From contig JAAILG010000069.1 in the NCBI GenBank assembly GCA_012026655.1, forward strand, positions 1-64,000: a stretch of DNA of 64,000 nucleotides. The letters are read 5' to 3'. Below are positions 38,867 to 51,214 of the stretch, piece after piece. Both the position numbers and the translations under genes were made by a program. The stretch comes from Hydrolagus affinis (taxonomy: Eukaryota). The notes under the pieces are model-generated. The model was given only the letters and a program-made list of their open reading frames with translations. It ran no database searches and was not told the origin of the DNA. The number at the start of each line of letters is the position of its first letter. Within the stretch, counting starts at the first letter, position 1.

Positions 38867-39077
38867 CACATCCATGTACACACAGAGGGTCATAATTGGT
38901 TTTAGATTAAATTACAATGCAGAATGTTATATAGGGTTGAAATATGGAACAGAACGTGAAGGATTTTATGGTTAAATCAGAGCCCAAATGATGGTGAGCA
39001 GCAGTGAGAGCAGCCAACTCACAATATCAAATTCTTCATGACGTGGTTGTGAAGGTTTTAAAAAACAATCTTGATAA

Positions 39078-39290
39078 TACAATACAATTTACATTTATAT
39101 AGTGTGTTTCATGTCGAGAGGACATCGTACAACTCTTTGCAAGCGGGTGGGAGACGGGGGGAGATATGGGGGAGGGAAGATGAAAGAAAGAGATGACTGA
39201 AGCTCAAACAAAGAGGTAAGACATGAGGTTGGCAATTAAGGTAAGGAGGGAGACAGCGAGTCAGAGCAACTCCGGAATGGATGGAAGATC
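39078..39290 (-). mobile_element. Degraded L2 3' end
   Basis: aatttacatttatatagtgtgtttcatgtcgagaggacatc followed by a purine-rich stretch like that at 52740-52930. Confidence 0.6.
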
Positions 39291-40217
39291 CTGAGAGTTT
39301 ACATAAATAAGTTCAACAAATGATATTGTCAAATAAATCTATCAATTTCTATTTCTTTCTATCTTCTTCCTTCTCTTTACCACTATCAACGTCATACACT
39401 GTAACCTCAGCCACAGACACCCGTTTTATTTGTTCATCTTATTACATAGTCCAGAGAAACATTTCGTTGGGCCAATCGCCAATGTTTGACATTGGACATT
39501 CCAGTTGTGATTCAAAATTTCCAACTCCCCTACATGGTGTTTTTAATAAGGAAACTGCTGGCTGCCACCTAGTTGAAAAATGTGCTGTCAACTCGAGGAG
39601 CCACTTTAAGATCCTTTGAATAATCATATTTAAATGCAAGGATTATTATTATTTTATTTATAGATTATTTAGTTACTGTCCTTGTACCACACCAAACTTC
39701 CGAAAGCAAATAGTACAGTGGATCACAGATGATGACACTCACTGATATAAGGGGCAAACACATGTAAAACAGCAAGTGTTATGTCTGCACATAAATAATA
39801 CCACATACATCACATCAGGGCTGGAGAAGTGGAGAAGTAAAGGAGCGTAAATCAGTTTCATCATGTGCATTAGTAGAAAATAAAAACGCAGGCTAATAAT
39901 AAGTATTTGAACCCATTATATAGAATTAATTGCTCAGGAAATGCCATTTATTCCTATATATAAAACACAGCTCATGTTCTGCTCTCGTTTCTAATCCAGT
40001 CTCCTCCCTTGCAGGTTTGACTGCCAATTTTTTCAGAATTTTTCAGAGTGTCTGTCAGTACGAATCTGAGTGACTTCTGCAATGTTTTATAATGAAACAC
40101 AATCCAGCAAGCCATCTGTCACTGCCCTGATAGATGACAGATTTATACTCGGATATGATTTTTTTTACATTTGAGTTTCAGCTTAAAAAACTTCAGCTAA
40201 GAGGACATTGAACGCTA

Positions 40218-40282
40218 GTGAGAGAGGGAGAGGGAGAGAGCGAGAGAGAGAGAGAGAGAGAGAGAAACAGACAGAGCGAGGG
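40218..40282. repeat. (GA)n microsatellite
   Basis: Seen directly. Confidence 0.9.
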
Positions 40283-40559
40283 AGTGAAGGAGACGGCGAA
40301 AATTAAATCTTGATGAAACCCTTGTTCAACTCAGGAAGACTCGGTATCGACCTACCACTGAAACCGTATATTTTATCTTCCGCTTAACCCTGCTGTTGCT
40401 GTCGCCCACTGAAGATTGGAGCTTGCTTACGCGTAAATGTGCTGCAAAATAGATTTCGAGGCAGGGACAGACCATTTGAGGGCAGTTTGTTCTTCTGTTT
40501 ATTATGCATTATTTATATATCTTTTTTAAAAAAACAAAATTAAAACATCCGTTCTAGAT

Positions 40560-41320
40560 ATAAAAATAAAATCGAAAAAACATCACCTCTGGAGGTGAAA
40601 GTGGCTTTTAAGGCGCTGATGGGTTTGCAAAATGAAATTAAAAGCAGCTTCACCTTTTTTTTGTGTGTGTCCTTTACCAGGATTCAAGCACACCGGACGA
40701 AGCCTTTGCCTTTCACTTCTCCATCAATCACAAGACAGGATGATCTGCTAATGTTTTTCCTATAGACAGACACATTATGTTTCGCGCTGCCTCAGTACGC
40801 AGTGTTTACACCCTTTTCCCACAAGAGAGTAAATCAAGCAAATTGATGCGGCCAATGATTAATCGGGCATCTCTGCCAAATCTTTTACTGTGGAATCCTG
40901 ATAAGAAGAGGAAGACGCTAAGCTGCACCTCTCTACAGGTTGACGAATAGATCCGCCCTGTCGACACACCGAGATAAATTTTAAAGCACTCTGTTGAGCT
41001 GTCAGCGTTAAAGATGATAAATGGCCGAGGTGAAATGGGATGGACCCGTGGATCGTGAAGTAATGGATAAGGTTTATCAGAAATGGATGTGCTCTATGAA
41101 TTGTTGTTAATCTCCGGTCGCCATTGAGGAGCAGACTGATAACAAGGAAATAGGAATGACAAAAAATTTTAGCGGACAGATTCTTCACAAAAATGCCAGG
41201 CAATAAGTATGACAGGCTGATTGAATGCGGCCCGCGCAGTGCTTATTCACTGAGATGGATCATTTCATTTTGTCCAGACCATCTACATTTATTATCATTT
41301 CAGTAATTTCTGCTCATTTG
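40560..41320. promoter_or_regulatory. Putative conserved non-coding / enhancer block
   Basis: About 750 bp free of repeats, with retained CpGs and motifs such as taaatcaa, aattgatg, ccaatgattaat and agataa. Function is inferred only. Confidence 0.35.
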
Positions 41321-41979
41321 GGCACACACTGCCAATCTTTTTTCTTCCCCCCACACCCCCCTCCCCGTCCTCCCTCCTTGTCCTCTCCTCCTCTCCTCTC
41401 CTCTCAGGCACTGCTCTCATGATCAGTCCAGCCCTCGGGAGTTTTCGATCTCTTTCAGTCAGTCTGGCCCTGCTAAGTGCAGCTTGAGTTAACAGCCGGT
41501 GGCTGTATGGGCTAACATAAAGTGACATGAGCTTCCCCTTGAGGAAAGAGGCTTCTCAGATCAGCCCAAACAAGAGCACTGCTATGTGAGCCCTTAAAGA
41601 TCACAGGCAAAGCCTGACACCTGAAACCTGACACATTTTTTTCTTTATATACATGAAAAAAATCCTGTTATATTTACATCTAAGCGAGTAGGCACTGAAA
41701 ACGACTTGTTAATGTAAGGATTTGACAGCCCCAAGTCAAAAGAGGCTTCAACAGAAAAATAAGTTTTTTTTGTGGGGTTTTTTAAATTTAAAGAAAAGGG
41801 TTTATACGGAGTTAGAAAAGGGAACAAGTCTAAAAACTTTTTTGGGGGGGATTTTGTTTTTCTCTGAGATTTGATGAACATGCTTGGCAACGAACAAACC
41901 TAAATGCAGTGTTTCAATGAGCCGAAGGCAAATAAATTGTGATTATTGGTTGTTGCTCTTGCTATGGGTAATATGAAGA

Positions 41980-42163
41980 AGAATCCTTGCATTCGAGCAC
42001 CTTATCACACTTTCGAGACATCTCAAAGCGCTTCACAGGATAGACTGTAAGGTGAATTGCCTGTGTGTTTTGTGGGTGAAACTCGGTAGTCAATTGCACA
42101 GAGCAGTGTCCCATGAACAGTTGTGGATTGAGTGAATAATTTACTTTTTTAAAGGGATTATTA
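41980..42163 (-). mobile_element. 5'-truncated SINE
   Basis: gaatccttgcattcg...tcaattgcacagagcagtgtccc...agggattatta. Confidence 0.85.
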
Positions 42164-42943
42164 CCTCTGGGAAAAGCAACCCGCTAATTGAAATAGGTGC
42201 TTTTATTATTATTTATTGGGGGGGAGGGGGGAGAAACAGATTCCCACCCCCAAAAGAACTTTGAGGAAATGGTAATGTGATAGTAATGTTAATGTTACTT
42301 ATTTGTTAAATTTGTTTGTGTTAAATATTTGATAGTAATGTTACCGGCTGCTTTCAATGGCGATTATTTTTATTGCAGAATGTACAAGAAGTCAGACATC
42401 AGTTAAACTGGAAACCAGCCCTGCAGAGAAAAATCTCTTGCCATGTTCTTACATTACAGTGAATTTGAATTGGGAGCCCCTATGTTTCTGATTTATTCAA
42501 CGCCAGTTAATGTGAATACTTTTCGAAAGAGGTGTATCTTTTCAGGCATAAATCAGTTTGCCAGGATCTGTGCTGATGAGTTTTTCTGAATGGAAACATC
42601 ATTCTGATTAATGGAATAAATGTGTTTCGGGCAAAACAATCCCCCCAAAACAGACTCCAACTGTAAAGGTAAAAAAAAGAGCCTTAGAAGAACAAACTGC
42701 TTCCCTTATTTCACCTGTGACAATATATTGGATGATGCCTGATCAGGTCAACAGTGCTGAGGCAACAATATATTCAGGGAACAATTGCATAACATCTTTC
42801 CTATTCCACAAAATATTATCATTGAACTAATCCTCAAGGTTTGAAGCGCACACAAAATGGAACAATTTCACTTCTTCCGCTGAGGATATCTCCACCCACC
42901 AAAATAAAAACTGCTCCTAAACTCACTTTATGCGTTATTATAC

Positions 42944-43143
42944 AATAATAATATAATAATAAAATCCCTGCATTTGATATAGCACTTTTTCATATCTTAT
43001 CAACGTCTCAAAGCACTTCACAGAATATATTGTAAAGTGAAATGACTATATTTGTGGGCGAAATGCAGCAGTCAATTGCGCACAGCAGCGTCCCCACAAA
43101 CAGTTGTGGATTGAAATGACCAATTTTTATTATTGTTGGCTTT
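42944..43143 (-). mobile_element. SINE running into the assembly gap
   Basis: Tail and body are intact up to the N run. Confidence 0.9.
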
Positions 43144-43313
43144 NNNNNNNNNNNNNNNNNNNNNNNNNNNNNNNNNNNNNNNNNNNNNNNNNNNNNNNNN
43201 NNNNNNNNNNNNNNNNNNNNNNNNNNNNNNNNNNNNNNNNNNNNNNNNNNNNNNNNNNNNNNNNNNNNNNNNNNNNNNNNNNNNNNNNNNNNNNNNNNNN
43301 NNNNNNNNNNNNN
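43144..43313. other. Assembly gap (170 N)
   Basis: Run of N. Confidence 1.
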
Positions 43314-43889
43314 TAAACAATCACTTCAGTCTTTACGCACTGTACTTTCCAAATGCTATAATGGCAACTGTTTAACATTCCTAATGATTCGCAAAACTCT
43401 GAAGATGTCCTTACCATCTTAATACTTGAGAGTTTACAATTAACAGTGCATAGTTTATTATTCATTTGCCAGTCAAATTTAAAAAAAATTAAAATAGATA
43501 ACCCAGAGGTCCATGTAATGTGTTATTTCCCCAATACTTGGCAATTACTCAGTCCGCGAGCGGGCTGCACCGCTTGTGAATCAGACGGGTAACTTTCTTG
43601 CGGGGATACAGGTCAGACCATAATTTCATCAACTAACTACTGTTTATCCATTGTAACATCTCAGGGGACTTGTTGCAATGGGGTTAGGAGGAACCTGTAT
43701 TCCACTGTAGGATGCTGGTTCGAAAAAGAGCAGCTCTTTGACACAGATAAATGATACCACCCATGATAACTTCTAAAAGTTGGCTCAGCAAATATTCTGA
43801 GCAGTGCTGATCGCGAACTAGGCAAGACTATTACACAAGGCTTATGGAGGAATTTTGTCAAAGGGAAGGTAATATGTGCAACAACTGTA

Positions 43890-44043
43890 CGACTGTTTGT
43901 GAGATACTGCTGCGCGCAATTGGCTAATGCGTTTCGCCCACAAGTATACAGTCAATTCACTTTACAGTATATTCTGTGAAGCGCTTTGAGACGTCTAGAA
44001 AACGTGAAAAGCACTGCATCAAAATGCAAGGATTATTATTATA
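43890..44043 (+). mobile_element. 5'-truncated SINE
   Basis: cgactgtttgtgagatactgctgcgcgcaattggc...aaaatgcaaggattattatt. Confidence 0.9.
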
Positions 44044-44307
44044 ACTGTCATCATTTAGGTTGAAGTTTGTAAGGGCCTCAGCGCAGTTAAGACATTCTAT
44101 GTGACCTGAACGGTGGTGAGTTGCGGTGTAGTGTGTAGCGAAGGTAAACACTTGCCTTGTATTCTCAGACGCTCTTGAAAGCATCGCTCGGGCAACCTTG
44201 GTCTGGCACCATATAATGGGAATGGCAAAACTGTATTCCTACAAAACACTGGCGAAGTTGGGCAAGCTCAATTAGTACAGCATTGTGTGTCCAAGTCCCA
44301 ACCAATA

Positions 44308-44635
44308 TATAATAATAATAATCCTTGCATTTAATATAGCGCTTTTCACGTCTTCTAGACATCTCAAAGCGCTTCACAGAATGTATTGTAAAGCGAATTG
44401 ACTGTATATTTGTGGGCGAAATGTGACAGCCAATTGCGCACAGCAGTGTCCCACAAACAGTCGTGGATTGAAATGACCAATTTTATTATAGGTTTTTTTT
44501 GGGATTATTATTAGGCATGTGTGTGTGTGGAGTAAGGAAACTTGCCCAAGATTTCACCCTGAACTGCTTGGATTCGAAACACAGGTCTCACACTTGTAAG
44601 GCGAGTGCTCTAACCACTGAGCTACAGGAACTCCA
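44308..44635 (-). mobile_element. Full-length SINE
   Basis: Complete tail, body and tRNA-like head ending ctgagctacaggaactcc. Confidence 0.92.
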
Positions 44636-45679
44636 CGATAACAACATAATATAACAAGGCATTTGCCAGTGCTAAAAAAAACATGCAGCTATAACAGTTA
44701 GACTGGAGGACAAAATTAGTCAGCACCGAACTGGTCTGTAACACATATCTGCTAATGTTTTTAATGCATGTTTATATTTGAAATCATTTCCTAAATGAGT
44801 CGGAGCACATTGTTGTGATGATGCACTACCGTTTAGAATGCCAGAGATCGGTAATCTGGTTTGGAAAGTTTAAAACCGATCTCTAAAAACTGCCACAATT
44901 AACAGTGAAAGAGATACGTAACCATTCTATGATGATACGCTATCTCACTGATTCAGACACTCCCATGCTCCCTTGTGAGATCTTCTCAAAGCCAAATTGT
45001 AGTACAATTTTAGCATTGATTCAATGCGGAAACCACATTGAATTAACTTTGCAAATGTATTATAAAAGCAGGCATTAAAAGGACATGACAGTGGCAAACA
45101 AGAGCTGAACAATGCCTCTATTCCATTCTTTGTTTTCTACTGTAAAGAATGTATTAGACTCATTCTAATGTTTGATGCTGGGGAGCCACCACACGATACA
45201 TGGGAACCAGGAATATCCAATTCAGTGTTATGCTGACATTATTAATTTCTGGACTATTCAACAAGACATTTAAAAATATATACAGACTGCCAAAACATAC
45301 ACAAACAAGGAAAACCCGTGTTCCCTTTTTTGGAAAATGTAGGTGGTCATATGATTATATGTTATTGCACCAAGTTGAGTACAGGTTGGGAAACCTACAG
45401 AAAAAGCACCGCAAAATTGGATTAATTTAGACAAGAAATATTATGACCTGGAAAAAAGTTATGACCGAGAAGAATGTGAAACTTCACTCTGAAGTTGGTG
45501 GCGTTCTGTCAGTGTTTTGTGCCTAACTGAACCCTACTCTCTCTTTCTCTCTTTCTCCATCCCCACCACCATCCAACACATGTACATCCAATACCGTTTT
45601 GTGTCCAGGTAAGGAGCCATTATCACCCCAAGTCCATCTGCAGGAAGGTTCAGTATTTAATTCATGTTCAGTACTTAAA

Positions 45680-45925
45680 TCATACTCCCATCACCTCTGG
45701 AACTCCATCCCTCAGTCCCTCCACCTCGCCCCCCTCCCTGGCCTCCTTCAAGTCTCGCCTCAAGACTCTCCTCTTCAGTGGACCCATCAGCAACTCCTAA
45801 TCCCCCTCTTCCCTCCCCCACCCGTCCTCAGCTCGGGTCTGAAGCAGTGACTGTCCAGTGCCTTGGGACATCCTCCTGACATGAAAGATGCTATACAAGT
45901 GTGATTTTGTTGTTGTTGTTGTTGT
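45680..45925 (+). mobile_element. L2-clade LINE 3' end
   Basis: Encodes LWNSIPQSLHLAP and SFKSRLKTLLF (L2 ORF2 C-terminus), then gccttgggacatcctcctgacatgaaagatgctata and a (ttg)n tail. Confidence 0.88.
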
Positions 45926-46894
45926 AATTAAGTTTTTTAAATTAAAAAAGACAAAAAGAATGTTCATCTTTTTGATTTGAGTTGATTTGCTCCTACCAAA
46001 TTGTCGACTGTCTGATCACATATTCCTTTTACTTAACAATCCGCTAAACTGAGAAATTTGTTGGGACCAGAGCTGCCCCCCTATAGTATCCTGTGGACCT
46101 GGCTTCCCATTTCTTCTTAACCCTCATAAGTACCCCCCACTTAAACCCCAGCCCGCGGGCAGTTTCTTTCATCACAGCATGCAAAGATGTTTAATCCCAC
46201 CGCACTAAACTATGTAATGATCTGCCTTATTCTGTATGGGAAGCCTTAGCTGATGATTCAAAACATATGTATTTCATCAATAAGCAATCTGTCACACTTT
46301 ATCGGCATCCCACATCTGTGATATTGAGCTATGCAGCAGTTTATTAATATGTCAAATACATTATCCGTGTAATACACTTGCTTAAGTCTAGTCCTGCTTT
46401 TATGTTTCCATAGTGTAATGTTCACATATGATAAATTAGTTTTACTACGTATCTGTGCGTCATAATTTGTCAGGATAAAGAGTTGATAAGCTTCTAACTG
46501 CACACACAGACCCAGATGGAAGCACTTACTGGATCTGCAACACAGGTGCTCCAATGAATTTTAAATACTGCACAAATATTGACTCCACGAGAGGTTATAT
46601 ACCCATTTTATCAAAGGAAAAAAAGGCAGATTTGCTCATGTTTATGTCAATGTCAAACCGTGTTTTTTTTTCCCCTTGAGGCACAAGTTCACATACTATC
46701 TCCCTCCCTCAAAAAAAAGTCTTTATTAGTAATAATCTCAAATGCAATTTTACTGGAAGTTGAACATCCTGCCCCACACACACATATATCGACAGGGGAA
46801 ATGCAGACATCTCAACAGAACTCAATTATTAACTAAAGACTGACAGCAAACTTCTTATTTTCTCACATATTTTTCATTCCCTCTGTCCTTTTTC

Positions 46895-46958
46895 TCCCAG
46901 CGATCGGGGACGCTACCCTGGGTGAAGAACGCTTATAAATGCAAGTTGTTGTTGTTGA
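46895..46958 (+). mobile_element. L2-type tail fragment
   Basis: ggggacgctaccctgggtgaagaacgcttataaatgcaag(ttg)n. Confidence 0.7.
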
Positions 46959-47379
46959 TGTGGGCAGCACACTATGCAATCAGCCAGTAGGAGGCTCAAC
47001 TCAATCAAACCAACCAATGCTCTGATGAAGGAACTTTCTTTCATATGAGGCTAAAAGCTCAAAGGTTGTGGTTTAGAACTAACTGAAAGTACTAATTAAG
47101 TCTAGTAAAGGCCAATTCAGACCAGTTAATTCACAAACTGGAATCAGAATTCAGAGAAGAGACAATCAACTTTACCAAGAGGCAAATGACAAGACTCATT
47201 TAACTGAGGCAAGTCAGCAAAAATAACAGGCTGATATTCTATGATGGTGGCAAATTCTCCAGCCAAACAAATGAGGCAGACAGCCAACTGCGCTTCTGTC
47301 AATACTACCTTCTATCACTTGACCAAGATATATTCAAGTGACAGCAACTCATGAGCTTCACAACCGACTCTGATCAAGT

Positions 47380-47575
47380 CTTCCACCAATATTCGCAAAA
47401 GCCCATTGTCAGCAAGCAGGAGAGGCAATCCTGAATGAGTTTCCATAGTCGGGAGAGAATGCTGTAACCAACTGCAATTTCCTTACTTCAGACTGAACTG
47501 AACCCAACTAACTTAACAATAGAGCAGGGATTGACACTGGGACCAACCTGTCCTATGTGTCTCAGTGCCACACAG
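47380..47575 (-). mobile_element. Ancient AmnSINE2-like remnant
   Basis: caactaacttaacaatagagcagggattgacactgggaccaacctgtcctatgtgtctcagtgccacac resembles the reverse complement of the recalled AmnSINE2 head (CAGCTAACTCAGCACAGACCAGGGATTGAACCTGGGACCTTCCTGGTCTGTATGGCTCAG). Confidence 0.55.
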
Positions 47576-50247
47576 TAATGGAAGAGGACATTAAGGGACA
47601 AACCAAACAAAGACATATATTTTCGCCCACTGGAAATGTTTTGCTTTTCCGAGTGAGCACTAACGCCACATCAACCTGAGTAAGGGAAACACATTTCCAT
47701 TTCAGATAATCAGTGTCACATCAAGTCCTCCTCCTAGATCAGGTCCAGCATAATCAGCTGCAGAGAAAGGCTCCCTTGTCCTTGCCTCAATTACATCTCA
47801 GAAGAGCACCATGGTTGACAATTGGTCAACCAACAGTGCCTGTGAGTAGATTACATATTTAATGGCAGTTTTGTGCTATCTAACACATAGACATGTATAG
47901 TATTTAAAAAATCATCAGAAGTATTCCAGTGGTTAATGACTGTATTCTCACTGGGAAAAGTTTTGTTCAGTATTCCTTTCAAGCTGGTTGTCAGCCCTCA
48001 TTGTTTAAACTAACATATCCCCACAAAAAGTAAAGAACAACACTATTACATTAAAAGTAATCATAATATTTATAGCGGTTTGATCTTTAAGACTCTCTTG
48101 TGAATATGAGTCGTGTGAATGAGTCATATCTTTCATCAGTTAACTTCCAGGGCCTTTCATTTCTTGTCTTAGAACTCACCATTTCCCCCATTAACCTTTT
48201 GAGTTAGCAGGAGAGCAAAAACGACATGACAAAAATAGCCCCTGATTAATTGCAATGGAATGTGTGACTGGAGAGGTTGGAAACTTGGTATAACTGTTGT
48301 TACAAGTTTGAATGTCTATGAAATAGAGTTGATCAAGACATATTGCTAATTGATGCAAAGAGTTTTTAAAATAAAAATTAAAGTGCTTTGTGGAGCATTG
48401 GATTTAGACAGTAAATGTTTTTTTTAACATTCGGGGCTTAGTATTTTAATGTATTTAAGAAAATGTAATGTATTCCTAGTCTTGAGCAATACATAATATC
48501 AGAACATTGAAGGGTAGACAAAAAAAAGGATTTAATGCAGTTTTAACATGAACAATAAGAAAATGAATTTCCTCCTCTGAAGTTATTGTGCTGTTTCTCA
48601 GACTGAAAATGTAGGCCAGAGAAGACTCACATCACTTAACCTGTTCCATGCAGGTGGGATTGGATAAAGAATGTCTCTATTGACTATATGAGGGGCAAAA
48701 TGACTGACTCCCACAACGGAGAATCTCTCCACCCGAAATGGCTGAAATCAGAAGAGGGTGGGGCGGGGGGTGGGGGGGCAATTGGGCTGGCACAGACCAT
48801 AATTTTCACAAACTATTTCAATAAATCAACAAATCAATAAGAGAAGAGCATAAATTGAGGGGTGAAGGAGGTTATTAAATAGGAAATGTCATACTATAAA
48901 TTACTATTCAATTCAAGATCATAACCTCATGTAAAATGCAGTTGGATAAAAACTTGAAGGAAAATAATATGTTAAAATATGAGAAAACAGTGAGAGAATG
49001 GGATCTGAATAGATCGCTCCAGTTGGGGAGCAAGCACCAGCACAGGTACAATGGACCAAATTACTTCCTAAAGTGATATATATATAAACTGATTGTATAT
49101 TAACTCTATGTGATATATGAACATTGGCTATACTCTCTCCCATCCCCTCACACACAAAAAACATATTTAGTCGGGGGAAGAAGTGGTTCTACAAGAGAAA
49201 TATTCCAGATCTTAACTATGTTTTTTGTGGCAGTTTGTTTCCCTTGTTCTTTCTCCCAAACTGGCAATGACTGCGTTATACAACAACACAAAGTATAGCA
49301 TGCCTGTTCCTCAAATGGCAGCAAGGTGGCAAAAGAACAAAGCTTCTCATTAGAAAAACACCACTCGCCTAAATTAACTAAATGTGCTAACATTGTCATA
49401 TTTGGCCAGTTGGGTTCGGAAAGACGGCTGTATTTTAGCACCAAACGGTTGATGTTTGAATGGAAAATGATGTGGAGAAAACCACATCCAGCTGAAGGCT
49501 GTAAATTCTTGGTTACAAATGTAAATTGTCAGTTACCTGTGTTCCAAATGAAATTTATAAAAGAGCTCATTTAAAGGGGGGTCCTCTTTTGAAGTGGAAA
49601 TGAGAACCTGTAGAGATCAGAAAAGCTCAGCAGGTGACCTGATGTTGGGGACCTGATGCTGAGATAAATCTTCAACTAATCATACACGTGTCGTTTTTTT
49701 TAAAAGAACCGCTGTGTCCCATAAACCGCTGGCGGTTTGAACAATCTCGCCACTGATAAAAAAAAAGTCTTTTAAAAATATGCTGGATTAGCAGTTTTTA
49801 GTGCAGACTGTAAAATAAGGAATAGGCCTCGGCGGATCAATTAGTATCAATTACAAATGTACTTCATTTAATTGTCATCACAAGATGAATTCGTCATTTT
49901 AGTTCTGAATTAATGGGAGCCCTTGAACTTTTCCTTGGCACAGGGATTTGGACATTGTCATTTAAACATAACTTAGAACCAAGTCCATTGACTTTCTCTC
50001 ACCTACTCCCACCTTTTTACCCCAATCATCCTGATTCCATAGTATTGCCTTAACATCGCAACAATAGGTAGGTTCGGTCAAATTCATTTCAAGGACCCCT
50101 CGGTCTCGCTTAATTCAGTAGCTTGGTAGGTACACCTATATACATTGTTTAGGCAAAATATTCAGCGTCAGTGATGTGTTACCTCCCAAGGTTTCCATCA
50201 GACTTTAAGATGCCACATAATGAGAATTTGCCCACACAATAAACTTA

Positions 50248-50310
50248 ACAACAACAACAACTTGCATTTATGTAGCGCCCTTCTCGCAAGGTAGTGTCCC
50301 AGAGCGTTTA
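50248..50310 (-). mobile_element. L2-type tail fragment
   Basis: (aac)n ttgcatttatgtagcgcccttctcgcaaggtagtgtcccagagcg. Confidence 0.75.
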
Positions 50311-51035
50311 AACAATAATTCCTGTGAGGTGCTTTGTGTCCATTATCCCATTATAGAAAAACACTATATCAAATATCAGGATTATTATTATTACTATAAT
50401 TATTTAATAATCGGATTGGGTGGTCCCGTATGTTATTCCCCAATACTGAACAGTTTACATCCCACCCCATAAAGCTTTGTGTTACGAATAACCTTGAATC
50501 TGTTCTCATATTACGAATGCCCTTGAATCTTTCTCTCTCTGTCTTTTTTTTGTTTTTCACTCTGTTTCTGCAGGTAAATTATACACTGATTATATGGCTC
50601 GGAGAAAAATAACCCTGCCTAGCTCGAAACTCATTCTCACTGAACCTGGCGAGAAAATAAAAAATAGATAAATAAAATTGAGGCAATTATAAAATAATTA
50701 GAAATTATTTTCAATTTAGTATTTGCAGCAATTGAACAGGTTTTGAAAAAAAAACAGCTATTTAGGAGCAAATTAAAGATATATACACTGCGGGGGAAAT
50801 CTTTAATGACATAATTAAATGAGTCTTAATTCAGGGTTAATTTTCTTTATTCACTTTTTTTCAGCTTTTTCTTCTCTTGGTGTCTACCTCGCCAACAGCA
50901 GAGGAAGGAATTTAGAGACTGCTCTTTGCACAAATTAAAGCGACTGAGACTGAACAAGAGGGCTATTGGCAGAGGCCTGGTAACCCTCCTCACCCAGGTA
51001 AATAATGTGAGATCTGGGGGAAGGGTCTAATGGAG

Positions 51036-51214
51036 ATTAAGCACTTTGAGACATCCCAAAGATGCGATAAGGCGCTATATCACCTGCAAGTATTATTGTC
51101 ATAAAAATATACAGTCAATTCACTTTAGAGTACAGTATAATCTGTGAAGCACTTTGAGATGTCTAGAAGATTTGAAAAGCGCTATATCAAATGCAAGTAT
51201 GATTATTATTATCA
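51036..51214 (+). mobile_element. Two tandem SINE tail fragments
   Basis: Two copies of aagcactttgaga...gcgctatatca..tgcaagtat. Confidence 0.82.

Noticed and set aside
41430-41515. Weak similarity to reverse-complement 5S rRNA (ccctgctaag; also ccctgcttag at ~53930)
   Set aside because: Too short and too diverged for an rRNA call. At most these are decayed 5S-derived SINE heads.
42572-42610. Other CTGATGA...GAAA pairs (also ~7100 and ~33400 on the minus strand, and ~16387)
   Set aside because: No stem II or stem I pairing, so they are neither hammerheads nor supported snoRNAs.
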